NCBI GenBank assembly: GCA_945865675.1 | Contig: CAMBFO010000003.1 | Span: 1,909-65,908 of the forward strand | Direction: 5' to 3' | Origin: Comamonas sp. lk | GTDB lineage: Bacteria; Pseudomonadota; Gammaproteobacteria; Burkholderiales; Burkholderiaceae_C | DNA length: 64,000 bases | Shown here: positions 17,718 to 26,691 of the stretch, piece after piece | Layout of the letters: every line of letters starts with the position of its first letter | Numbering within the stretch: position 1 is the first letter of the stretch | Translations under genes and position numbers: made by a program | Notes under the pieces: generated by a model | Told to the model about the DNA's origin: nothing | Seen by the model: only the letters and a program-made list of their open reading frames with translations | Database searches by the model: none

Positions 17718-20700
17718 ATGACCGAAGACCAACTCGAACAAGAAGCCCTAGGCTGGCTGGCCTCTGTCGGTTACGCACCACTCAACGCCCGCGATCTGGA
17801 CAACCTGGACCCGCGACTGGCCCGTGCCAGCAACCGCGAGGTGATTTTGTCGGTCAGTCTGCGGGCAGCCATTGACCGACTCAACCCCGCGGTGCCTGCC
17901 GCCGCCCGCGAAGACGCGTTTCGGCAGGTGCTCGATTTGGGCCAGCCTGCTTTGCTGTCGGGCAATCGGGAGTTTCACCGGGTGTTGGTCACAGGTGTGC
18001 CGGTGCAATACCAAAAGGAGGGCGAGACGCGGGGCGACTTTGTTCGCTTGGTCGATTGGCAGGATATCAGCCGCAACGAGTGGCTGGCGGTGCAGCAGTT
18101 CACCATCAAGGGGCCGCGCCACACGCGCAGGCCCGACATCATTTTGTTCATCAACGGTTTGCCGTTGGTGCTGGTGGAGCTGAAGAACCCGGCCGATCTG
18201 AACGCCGACATTTGGAAGGCTTACGACCAGATCCAGACGTACAAAGAACAGATTGCCGATGTGTTCACCTTCAACGAGTTGTTGGTGATCTCAGACGGCA
18301 CGGACGCCCGCATGGGTTCGCTCTCAGCCAATGCCGAGCGCTTCATGCAGTGGCGCACGATTGACGGCGTGGAACTGGACCCGCTGGGCAAGTTCCAAGA
18401 GATGGAAACTTTGGTGCGCGGCGTGCTGGCCCCGGCCTATTTGCTGGACTACCTGCGCTTTTTTGTGCTGTTTGAGGATGACGGCACCTTGGTCAAAAAG
18501 GTGGCGGGCTACCACCAGTTTCATGCGGTGCGTGCCGCAGTCGAACAGGTGGTGACCGCTGCCAGCACCGACGAGGCCACGCGCCGTGGCAAAGGCGGAG
18601 TGGTGTGGCACACGCAAGGCAGTGGTAAGAGCATCACCATGACTTGCTTTGCGGCGCGCGTGATGCAAGAGCCCCGGTTAGCGAATCCGACCATCGTGGT
18701 CATTACCGACCGCAACGATTTGGATGGGCAGCTGCTCGGCGTGTTCAGCCTGAGCCAGGACCTGCTGCGCGAGCAACCCCAACAAGCCACTACGCGGCAA
18801 CGGTTGCGCGAGTTGCTGGAAAACCGACCTTCGGGCGGGATCATTTTTGCGACGATTCAGAAGTTCATGCCGGGTGAAGATGAAGACACTTTCCCGTGCT
18901 TAAGCCAGAGGCGCAACATTGTGGTGATTGCCGACGAAGCGCACCGCACGCAATATGGTTTTGAAGCCAAGCTCAAAACGCGCAAGGTCAAAGATGGTGC
19001 AAGCCATGCGGTGGCCTATGTCACGGGTGACGGCCAGAAGGTGGCTAGCACCGCTGACTTTGCGCCGCCCGAGTACAACGCCAAGTACCAGGCCGGTTAC
19101 GCGCAGCACCTGCGCGACGCGTTGCCCCAAGCCACATTCGTAGCCTTCACCGGCACCCCCGTGAGCAGCACAGACCGCGACACGCGAGCGGTGTTTGGCG
19201 AGTACATCCATGTGTACGACATGCAGCAGGCGCAAGAAGACGGCGCCACGGTGGCCATTTATTACGAAAGCCGCTTGGCCAAGCTGGGCCTGAACGAGGG
19301 CGAACTCAGCCACCTAGACGAAGAGGTCGACGAGCTGGCCGAGGACGAAGAAGAAAGCCAGCAAGCCAAGCTCAAGAGCCATTGGGCCGCTTTAGAAAAA
19401 GTGGTGGGTGCCGAGCCGCGCATTGCCAGCGTGGCGGCCGACCTGGTCGCCCACTTTGAAGAACGCAACAACACACAAGAGGGCAAAGCCATGATCGTGG
19501 CCATGAGCCGCGAGATTTGCGTTCACCTGTACAACGAGATCACCCGCCTGCGCCCCGAATGGCACAGCGACGACCCGGAGCAGGGCGCCATCAAGATCGT
19601 GATGACTGGCAGCGCAAGCGACAAAGCTTTGCTGCGCCCGCACATTTACAGCAGCCAGACCAAGAAGCGCTTAGAAAAACGCTTCAAAGACCCGAGCGAT
19701 GGCTTGAAACTGGTGATCGTGCGCGATATGTGGTTGACCGGTTTTGATGCGCCTTGCGTGCACACCCTGTATGTGGACAAACCCATGAAGGGCCACAACC
19801 TGATGCAGGCCATCGCCCGCGTGAACCGGGTGTTCAAAGACAAGCAGGGCGGTTTGGTGGTGGACTACATCGGCATTGGCGAAGACCTCAAAGCCGCCAT
19901 GAAGGAGTACACCGCTAGCAAAGGCCGGGGCAAGCCCACCGTGAATGCGCGCGAAGCGCTGGCCGTGTTGCTGGAAAAAATGGACGTGCTGCGCGCCATG
20001 CTGCACGGCTTTGACTACGCCGACTTTCTCAAGGGCGGGCACAAGACCCTGGCAGGAGCGGCCAACCATGTGCTGGGCCTCAAGTCAGACAAAGAGCGTG
20101 ACGGTAAAAAACGCTTTGCCAATCACGCGCTGGCCATGAGCCAGGCGTTCAGCTTGTGCTGCACTTTGGACGAGGCCAAGTCGCTGCGCGACGAAGTCGC
20201 TTTCATGCAGGCGGTCAAAGTGATCTTGACCAAACGCGAGGTGAGCAGCCAGCGGCGCAGCGACGAAGCGCGCGATTTAGCGATTCGCCAGATCATCAGC
20301 TCAGCGGTGGTGTCGGGCGAGGTGGTGGATATTTTTCAATCGGTCGGTCTGGACAAGCCCAACATTGGCTTGCTCGACGATGATTTTTTGGCGCAGGTGC
20401 ACAACCTGCCCGAAAAGAATTTGGCGGTGGAGTTGCTGGAGCGATTGCTGCAAGGCGAGATCAAAAGCCGGTTTGCCAGCAACGTGGTGCAAGACCGCAA
20501 GTTCAGCGACTTGCTGGCCGATGTGATTCGCCGCTACCAAAACCGCAGCATCGAAACCGCGCAGGTCATGGAAGAGCTGATCGCCATGGCCAAGAAGTTC
20601 CGCGAAACGGCCAACCGGGGCGACCAGTTGGGATTGCGCGAAGACGAGGTGAAGTTTTACGACGCGCTGGCCAACAACGAGTCGGCCGTGCGCGAACTGC

Positions 20701-20918
20701 AAGATGAGACCCTCAAGAAGATCGCGCAAGAGCTCACGCAGAGCTTGCGCGAGAACCTGACGGTGGACTGGTCAGAGCGCGAAAGCGTGCGAGCCAAATT
20801 GCGGCTGATGGTCAAGCGCGTGCTCAAGAAATACAAATACCCGCCAGACCAGCAAGATGGGGCGGTGCAATTGATTCTGGAGCAGGCGCAGGCGCTGGGT
20901 GAGGCTTGGGGTGATTGA
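17718..20918 (+). CDS. hsdR: Type I R-M restriction subunit R
   Basis: RRPD..LFINGLPLVLVELKNP nuclease motif, WHTQGSGKS, DEAHR, FTGTP, LTGFD, QAIARVNR. Confidence 0.96.
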   Translation: MTEDQLEQEALGWLASVGYAPLNARDLDNLDPRLARASNREVILSVSLRAAIDRLNPAVPAAAREDAFRQVLDLGQPALLSGNREFHRVLVTGVPVQYQKEGETRGDFVRLVDWQDISRNEWLAVQQFTIKGPRHTRRPDIILFINGLPLVLVELKNPADLNADIWKAYDQIQTYKEQIADVFTFNELLVISDGTDARMGSLSANAERFMQWRTIDGVELDPLGKFQEMETLVRGVLAPAYLLDYLRFFVLFEDDGTLVKKVAGYHQFHAVRAAVEQVVTAASTDEATRRGKGGVVWHTQGSGKSITMTCFAARVMQEPRLANPTIVVITDRNDLDGQLLGVFSLSQDLLREQPQQATTRQRLRELLENRPSGGIIFATIQKFMPGEDEDTFPCLSQRRNIVVIADEAHRTQYGFEAKLKTRKVKDGASHAVAYVTGDGQKVASTADFAPPEYNAKYQAGYAQHLRDALPQATFVAFTGTPVSSTDRDTRAVFGEYIHVYDMQQAQEDGATVAIYYESRLAKLGLNEGELSHLDEEVDELAEDEEESQQAKLKSHWAALEKVVGAEPRIASVAADLVAHFEERNNTQEGKAMIVAMSREICVHLYNEITRLRPEWHSDDPEQGAIKIVMTGSASDKALLRPHIYSSQTKKRLEKRFKDPSDGLKLVIVRDMWLTGFDAPCVHTLYVDKPMKGHNLMQAIARVNRVFKDKQGGLVVDYIGIGEDLKAAMKEYTASKGRGKPTVNAREALAVLLEKMDVLRAMLHGFDYADFLKGGHKTLAGAANHVLGLKSDKERDGKKRFANHALAMSQAFSLCCTLDEAKSLRDEVAFMQAVKVILTKREVSSQRRSDEARDLAIRQIISSAVVSGEVVDIFQSVGLDKPNIGLLDDDFLAQVHNLPEKNLAVELLERLLQGEIKSRFASNVVQDRKFSDLLADVIRRYQNRSIETAQVMEELIAMAKKFRETANRGDQLGLREDEVKFYDALANNESAVRELQDETLKKIAQELTQSLRENLTVDWSERESVRAKLRLMVKRVLKKYKYPPDQQDGAVQLILEQAQALGEAWGD

Positions 20919-20966
20919 GCCCATTATTCAATTTTTTGCAACAAGCAGCGCGCTGCTGCGCATTGT

Positions 20967-22748
20967 TTACAAAGCCACGCAAGCCTCCTGCAAAAAGCGC
21001 AGGTCTTCGCCTTGCAAATGCGGGCTCAGGCGCTCCAGCACGGTGGCATGGTAGTTGTTCAGGTAAGCAGTCTCTTGCGCGCCTAGCAAGTCTTTGCGCA
21101 CCACGCGGGTGTCTATAGGGCAGAGGGTGAGCGCGTCGAAGCGGTAAAACTTGCCGTGCTCGGTGGCCGTGTGGTCTTCGCACAATAAGATGTTTTCTAT
21201 GCGTATGCCATAGCGGCCGGGCAGGTACACGCCGGGCTCATTGGTGACCACCATGCCGGGCAGGATGGCTTGGTCGATCATGCCGGGGCTGATGCTGTGT
21301 GGGCCTTCGTGCACATTGTTGAAGTAGCCCACGCCATGGCCGGTGCCGCAGGCGTAGTTCACGCCCTCGTTCCACAGCGCCTGGCGTGCCAGCACGTCCA
21401 GTTGCAGGCCGCGCGTGCCGTGCAGAAAAATAGCCGCGGACAAACGCAACATACCTTTGAGCACCAAGGTGAAATGCCGCGCCTGGTCTTCGCTCACGGG
21501 GCCACAGACCAAGGTGCGGGTGATGTCGGTAGTGCCGTCGTCGTACTGGCCACCCGAGTCCAGCAGAAAAAATCCTTCGGGCTTGACCTGTGTGTCCACT
21601 CCGTCTTTCAAGCCGTAATGCATCATGGCCGCATTGGGGCCATAGGCCGGTATCGAGGTGAAGCTCAGGCCGCGAAACAAATCTAGTTTTGCGCGCTCGC
21701 CATCGATACGGTCAGACAAGATGCGCTCTGTCAGTTGACCCTTGCCCACGTTTTCGTAAAACCACCGCAAAAAGCGCACCATAGCCACACCGTCGCGCAC
21801 AAAGCAGTTTTTCCAGTGGCTGAGTTCGCTGGTATTTTTCACCGCTTTGAGCAGCACCGAAGGCGCGCGCTTTTCCACGAGTGTGCAGCCTTGGGCGCGC
21901 AAGGTGGCAAAGGTGAGCGTATTGCTTTGCGCCGGGTCCACCAGTACGCTCTGTCCGCGAAGTTGGGTAAGTGCTGCAAAAAAACTGTCATAGTCTTGCA
22001 GTGCAACACCTTGCTCGGCCAGGCTCGCGCGCAAGCTCGGGCTAAACCGCGCCAGATGGGCGTACAGCACGGCTCGGTCTTCGGTCAGCACCAAATAGGC
22101 GTGAAAGTAAGGGGAGGTGGGCACATCGCTGCCGCGCAAATTGAGCAGGTAGCCGATATCGTCCAGCGCATTGAGCACATGCGCCTGCGCACCGGCTCTG
22201 CGCATTTCGGCGCGCACTTTGTTCAGCTTGTGCGCAGCGCTCTCGCCTGCATATTCCAGCGCATGTGCAAACACCGGCTCCATGGGAAAGCCGGGTCGGT
22301 CGGTCCAGACGGCGTCGACGACATCATGCTCGGTGACGAGCTTGACGTTTTTGGATTGAAGCGTGCCTTCTATATCGGCCATGGCCTTGGCCATCATGGT
22401 CGCGCCGAAAAAACCCAGGCGTGCGCCGGGCGCCAGGGTTTCGGCCAGCCACTGGTTCCAGGGCAGCACATCGGGCTTGCCCTGGTACACAATTTGAATT
22501 TCGGTGTTTGCCAATTCCTGCTCGGCCTGCAGCCAGTAACGACCGTCGGCCCAGATATAGGCGCTGTCTTTGAGTACCACCATGGTGGATACCGAGGCGG
22601 TAAAGCCGGACATGTATTCCCGTACTTTCCAGCGCAGCGGCATGTACTCCGAGTTGTGCGGGTCAGAGGAGGGGAGCACCCAGGCGTCGAGCTGGTGTTT
22701 TTCCATTTCCGCGCGCAGGGCGCTAAGGCGTTGGGCAATAAGTGTCAT
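20967..22748 (-). CDS. Aminopeptidase P family (M24B) Xaa-Pro peptidase
   Basis: DPHNSEY, DGRYWLQA, DSGGQY.DGTTDITRT, GHGVG...HEGP, NEPG.Y...GIRIEN. Confidence 0.93.
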   Translation of the reverse strand: MTLIAQRLSALRAEMEKHQLDAWVLPSSDPHNSEYMPLRWKVREYMSGFTASVSTMVVLKDSAYIWADGRYWLQAEQELANTEIQIVYQGKPDVLPWNQWLAETLAPGARLGFFGATMMAKAMADIEGTLQSKNVKLVTEHDVVDAVWTDRPGFPMEPVFAHALEYAGESAAHKLNKVRAEMRRAGAQAHVLNALDDIGYLLNLRGSDVPTSPYFHAYLVLTEDRAVLYAHLARFSPSLRASLAEQGVALQDYDSFFAALTQLRGQSVLVDPAQSNTLTFATLRAQGCTLVEKRAPSVLLKAVKNTSELSHWKNCFVRDGVAMVRFLRWFYENVGKGQLTERILSDRIDGERAKLDLFRGLSFTSIPAYGPNAAMMHYGLKDGVDTQVKPEGFFLLDSGGQYDDGTTDITRTLVCGPVSEDQARHFTLVLKGMLRLSAAIFLHGTRGLQLDVLARQALWNEGVNYACGTGHGVGYFNNVHEGPHSISPGMIDQAILPGMVVTNEPGVYLPGRYGIRIENILLCEDHTATEHGKFYRFDALTLCPIDTRVVRKDLLGAQETAYLNNYHATVLERLSPHLQGEDLRFLQEACVAL

Positions 22749-22819
22749 GGCGGCGGGCTGGAAAGAAATAGAACGATTAGGTGGTGGGACGCGCGCAAAT
22801 TGAAGGGATGCGCACGGAC

Positions 22820-23821
22820 TTAAAAAACCGCGTGGTCGCCGCGCTCCAAGGATGCGCCTTCGCGCACCAGTGTCGCATAGCAATCCCATAGCGTGTGCGT
22901 GCCGGCCGAAGGCGTGGCATCGGCATCGTAGCGGCAGGCCTGCGCATCCCAGACCAACATGGACTCGGTGGCGTAGTAGCGACCAATCCGCGCGAATTCG
23001 GCCTTATCGGCCAGGGGCGGGATGATGCGGCCCAGCAGCGACAGCACGCCGATGATGGCATCCATCATGTCCACCGGCACATGGGTGTAGCGCGGTGGCT
23101 TGCCCAGCAACGCGAACAACTTTTCTCCTTGTTGCAGCGGCGTGATGGCAGGCCCCGGCCCACCTATGGGCAAGATGCGGTTATGGCATTCCATATCGTG
23201 CAGACAGCGTGCCAGGTAGTCACCCAGATCGTCGTCGCTAATCGGCTTGCATGCGGTCAGCTGGCCGTCACCAAAAAGTAAAAACGGTTTGCCTTTGCGT
23301 ACCCGCTCAATCTGCCCGCACAGCGATTTGAAAAACGCGGTAGGCCGCACGATGGAATAGCGCATTCCCGATTGCACCAAGGCCTCTTCAAAGGCCAGCT
23401 TGGCGCGTTGAAATACCAGTAGCGGCTTTTGCACACAAATCGCCGACAGCAATACAAAGTGCTGCACGCCCGCCTCTTGCGCTGCCTGGAGCGCATGCAG
23501 ATGGGCCTGGTGGTCAATTGCCCAGGCGTCCTTAGGATTGCCGGTGCGCGAGGCCAGGCAGGAAACCAGTGCATCAAAGCGCTCGCCAGCAAAGCCGTCG
23601 CGGCGCAGGGACTGCGCGTCGGTAGCGTCGCCGGTGCGCAGCAGCGCGCCGGGCAATCGCGTTGGCCAGTCCTGCACTGGCCGTTTGCCGCCTACCCCGG
23701 CGTGGGGTCGTATCAGGCAGACCACCTCGTAGCCTTGGCGCAGCAAGGCGCGTACCGTAGCTTGCCCAATCGTCCCGGTGGCTCCGAGTACAAGCACCCG
23801 CTGCTTGGTTGGAGTGAGCAT
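22820..23821 (-). CDS. bciA: NAD(P)H-binding SDR, divinyl (proto)chlorophyllide 8-vinyl reductase-like
   Basis: GATGTIG, SCLASRTG, LLSAICVQKP, RPTAFFKSL, CKPIS, IGRYYATESML, C-terminal RGDHAVF. Confidence 0.8.
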   Translation of the reverse strand: MLTPTKQRVLVLGATGTIGQATVRALLRQGYEVVCLIRPHAGVGGKRPVQDWPTRLPGALLRTGDATDAQSLRRDGFAGERFDALVSCLASRTGNPKDAWAIDHQAHLHALQAAQEAGVQHFVLLSAICVQKPLLVFQRAKLAFEEALVQSGMRYSIVRPTAFFKSLCGQIERVRKGKPFLLFGDGQLTACKPISDDDLGDYLARCLHDMECHNRILPIGGPGPAITPLQQGEKLFALLGKPPRYTHVPVDMMDAIIGVLSLLGRIIPPLADKAEFARIGRYYATESMLVWDAQACRYDADATPSAGTHTLWDCYATLVREGASLERGDHAVF

Positions 23822-23868
23822 GGTGTGGGGGCCGACCGGGATGGTTTGCAGTTGAAAATGAAAGGCGC

Positions 23869-24150
23869 TCAGTTCGCCCGCGCCACCCACACCGTGGCGC
23901 CCTGCGGGCCATAGCGCTCGGCATGCGGAACATCGCGCGCAAGACGAAAGCCTTGGCCCGCCGGGATATGGCGCGTGCTGCCATCGACCATTAGCCAGAA
24001 CTCGCCGCGCACTACGCGCGCACTGACGGCAAAGGCGTGGGTATGGGTATCGAGTTCCAGGCCCGGTGCCCATTCGCGCACCAAAATTTCATCAAAGCCT
24101 TCATCCAGGGCTTGGGCGGTGAATGTTTCAAGCGTGGGTTCCAAGGGCAA
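23869..24150 (-). CDS. Small cupin-domain protein
   Basis: HTH.F...V.GE and PHAERYGPQGA; TTG start with GGAGA RBS. Confidence 0.8.
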   Translation of the reverse strand: MPLEPTLETFTAQALDEGFDEILVREWAPGLELDTHTHAFAVSARVVRGEFWLMVDGSTRHIPAGQGFRLARDVPHAERYGPQGATVWVARAN

Positions 24151-24213
24151 TCTCCATGAAGGGCTTCGGATGTTAGTGGCCTGGGCGCGCTGTGTCGCGG
24201 GCCGCCTGCATTG

Positions 24214-25299
24214 TCAGGGCACCAGGGTCAGAAACAAAAAGCTGGCAAACAAGACCAGGTGGATAGCGCCTTGCATCACGTTGGTCCGGCCCGAGCCCAG
24301 GGTGATGCTGCCTACCAAGAAGGTCAGCGCCAATAGTGTCACGTCCTTGGTCTCCAGGCCCAGCGTCAGGGGCAGGGGCAGCAGCACGCAGGCCAGTACC
24401 ACCAAAGGAATTGTGAGGCCGATACTTGCCAGGGCCGAACCGATGGCCAGGTTCATACTGGTTTGCAAGCGGTCGGCGCGTGCGGCGCGTATGGCCGCCC
24501 AGGTCTCGGGCAGCAACACAATCAGCGCAATAACGATACCCACCACCGTTGTCGGCGCGCTGTAAGCTTTGACCACGGCTTCAATGGCCGGTGACAGCAG
24601 CTTGGCAAAACCGACTACGCACACCAGGGATAGCAGCAAAAGAAAAAAACTGATGCGCGTTTGCGCCAGGCCGGGTGGCTGCGCATGCACCGATTCATCA
24701 TCCGCGCGTTCCATGGGTAAGAAATAGTCCCGATGGCGTATGGTTTGGATAAACACAAACACCAGCCACAACGCCAGCGAGGACAGCGCTACAAAAATGA
24801 GTTGCGCATCGGTGTAGGTGCCTTCGGGCGAACTGGTGGTGTAGAGCGGCATGATCAGCACCATCACCGCCAGCGTGGCCAGCGCGGCAAAGCCCGAGCC
24901 GGTGCCTTCAATGCGAAACAACTGCTCTTTGTGGTGCAAACCGCCTAGCAACAGGCAAATACCGACCACGCCATTACAAGCAATCATGACTGCCGAATAA
25001 ATGGTGTCGCGTGGCAGCGTGGCACTGGCTTTGGTGCCGGCCAGCATCATGGAAAGCACCAGCGCGGTTTCAATTACCGTAACGGCCAGCGCCAGCACCA
25101 GCGTTCCAAACGGTTCGCCCAGCCGATGGGCAATCACCTCGGCATGGTGTACCGAAGCAATCACCGCTAGCAACAGGGCCAGCACCAGCCACAGGGCTTG
25201 CAGGCCAGGAAGCGACGCCCCTGTCACGCCATATAAAGCCATTGCACTCGCAATGGGAATGAAGATGGGCCAGCGATTCCAAATATTTTTGTAGTTCAT
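24214..25299 (-). CDS. chaA: Ca2+/H+ antiporter (CaCA/ChaA family)
   Basis: HHAEVIAHRLGEPFGTLVLALAVTVIE, LLPE...A, NLAIGSALASIGLTIP. Confidence 0.88.
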   Translation of the reverse strand: MNYKNIWNRWPIFIPIASAMALYGVTGASLPGLQALWLVLALLLAVIASVHHAEVIAHRLGEPFGTLVLALAVTVIETALVLSMMLAGTKASATLPRDTIYSAVMIACNGVVGICLLLGGLHHKEQLFRIEGTGSGFAALATLAVMVLIMPLYTTSSPEGTYTDAQLIFVALSSLALWLVFVFIQTIRHRDYFLPMERADDESVHAQPPGLAQTRISFFLLLLSLVCVVGFAKLLSPAIEAVVKAYSAPTTVVGIVIALIVLLPETWAAIRAARADRLQTSMNLAIGSALASIGLTIPLVVLACVLLPLPLTLGLETKDVTLLALTFLVGSITLGSGRTNVMQGAIHLVLFASFLFLTLVP

Positions 25300-25413
25300 C
25301 AGTAATTGTGCCTCCGCGTGAAACCCACCTATTGCCCTGACTCGGTGTGGTGGCTCTCCGATTATCGAAACAATAGTAAATCAATTATGTCCGCCTCAAT
25401 AGGAGAAGCCGCC

Positions 25414-25581
25414 ATGTCCATACTATCGATCGCCCGTTCCGCCTTGGCCCAACGCGGTGCCTTGCGCAAGGCCCGCCGTCTTGCCTACGCGCGTGCCCAA
25501 GCCCAGCAGGGTCTGGCGCGTAATTCGCTCGTATGGGCCTTTGGCCTGCTGCTGATCGCCTTTGCGGCGGCCTGGGACTAA
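25414..25581 (+). CDS. Small (55 aa) basic protein with C-terminal TM helix, unknown function
   Basis: AGGAGA RBS before ATG; Arg/Ala-rich N-terminus, hydrophobic C-terminus. Confidence 0.55.
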   Translation: MSILSIARSALAQRGALRKARRLAYARAQAQQGLARNSLVWAFGLLLIAFAAAWD

Positions 25582-25710
25582 AAAGTTATGCGGCCTGCAA
25601 ATTAGTTGCAGGCCACGCAAGCACAATAGCCTGGTGCACCCAACCCTTGGTGCGCAAAATGCCATCGGCCCGTAGCGCCAATCTACATTGCGCCCAGCAC
25701 ACTAGCAAGT

Positions 25711-26652
25711 ATGACGTCCAGCCCTGTTCCTTCTTCCGCATGGGCTGCCAATGGGGCGTGCATGTTGTCCATGCTGGTTTGGGCAATGGGCCTGCCCGCT
25801 GCCAGTCTGTTACTGGGCACGGTACCGCCGCTGCCCTTGACATCGGCGCGCATGCTGATGGCGGCCGCTTGCTTGTTGCCCATTTGGTGGTTGATTGAAG
25901 GCCCAGAGGCGCTGCGCAAGGCGCCCTGGTGGCAAGGGATTCGCGTGGGCGGCTCCACCATCGGGCTAGGGGCTTTTTTGATGGTGGTCGGCCAAGGTAT
26001 GACCGATGCCGTTACGGTGGCGGTTATTTCGGCCTCGATGCCGGTGGTGGGCATCGCCATCGAAGTGCTGCTCGACGGCCGCAAACTCAGCCGGGGCTTG
26101 GTGATCGGCGTGGCGCTCAGTTTGCTTGGCGGTGTAATGGCGCTCGGTGGCGGCAATCAGCAACTCGCCTTGGGCTTGGGCGCCCTTCTGAGTTTTGCCT
26201 CGGTGCTGGTCTATACCTTGGGCTCGCGCATGACAGTGACTTCCTTTCCCGACTTAAGCCCCCTAGGCCGCACCACGGTCACCTTGACGGGCGCTGCGGT
26301 GCTTACCACCGTGGCCGCCTGCGTAGCCGCATTGGCCGGTGCGCCGCCGCCGCAATGGGCCGCGTTGGGTTGGCCTGAGCTCGGCGCCTTGGCTATTTTT
26401 GCCATTGGCGGACTGGCCATCAGTCAGGTGCTGTGGATACGCTCGGTAGGGCACTTGGGCATTGCCTTATCGTCATTGCATATCAATGCGACGCCTTTTT
26501 ATGTGATGCTGATTTTGTTTGCATTAGGCGGCGCATGGAACTGGACGCAGGCCGCTGCCGCGCTGCTAGTTGGCGTCGGGGTCTTCATCGCGCAGGGCGT
26601 CTTTTTCAAAGCGCCAAGTGAAGTGCCAAACCAAGCCCCCGTTGAACGCTAA
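25711..26652 (+). CDS. DMT/EamA family transporter
   Basis: About 10 TM segments, two EamA-like repeats. Confidence 0.85.
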   Translation: MTSSPVPSSAWAANGACMLSMLVWAMGLPAASLLLGTVPPLPLTSARMLMAAACLLPIWWLIEGPEALRKAPWWQGIRVGGSTIGLGAFLMVVGQGMTDAVTVAVISASMPVVGIAIEVLLDGRKLSRGLVIGVALSLLGGVMALGGGNQQLALGLGALLSFASVLVYTLGSRMTVTSFPDLSPLGRTTVTLTGAAVLTTVAACVAALAGAPPPQWAALGWPELGALAIFAIGGLAISQVLWIRSVGHLGIALSSLHINATPFYVMLILFALGGAWNWTQAAAALLVGVGVFIAQGVFFKAPSEVPNQAPVER

Positions 26653-26691
26653 TCACCATGGACTATGGTGTGGTCTGGTGACAAGGAAATG

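Noticed and set aside
18970-19090. Insertion in HsdR after DEAHR
   Set aside because: A variable loop at this position is common in this HsdR subfamily; no repeat structure seen
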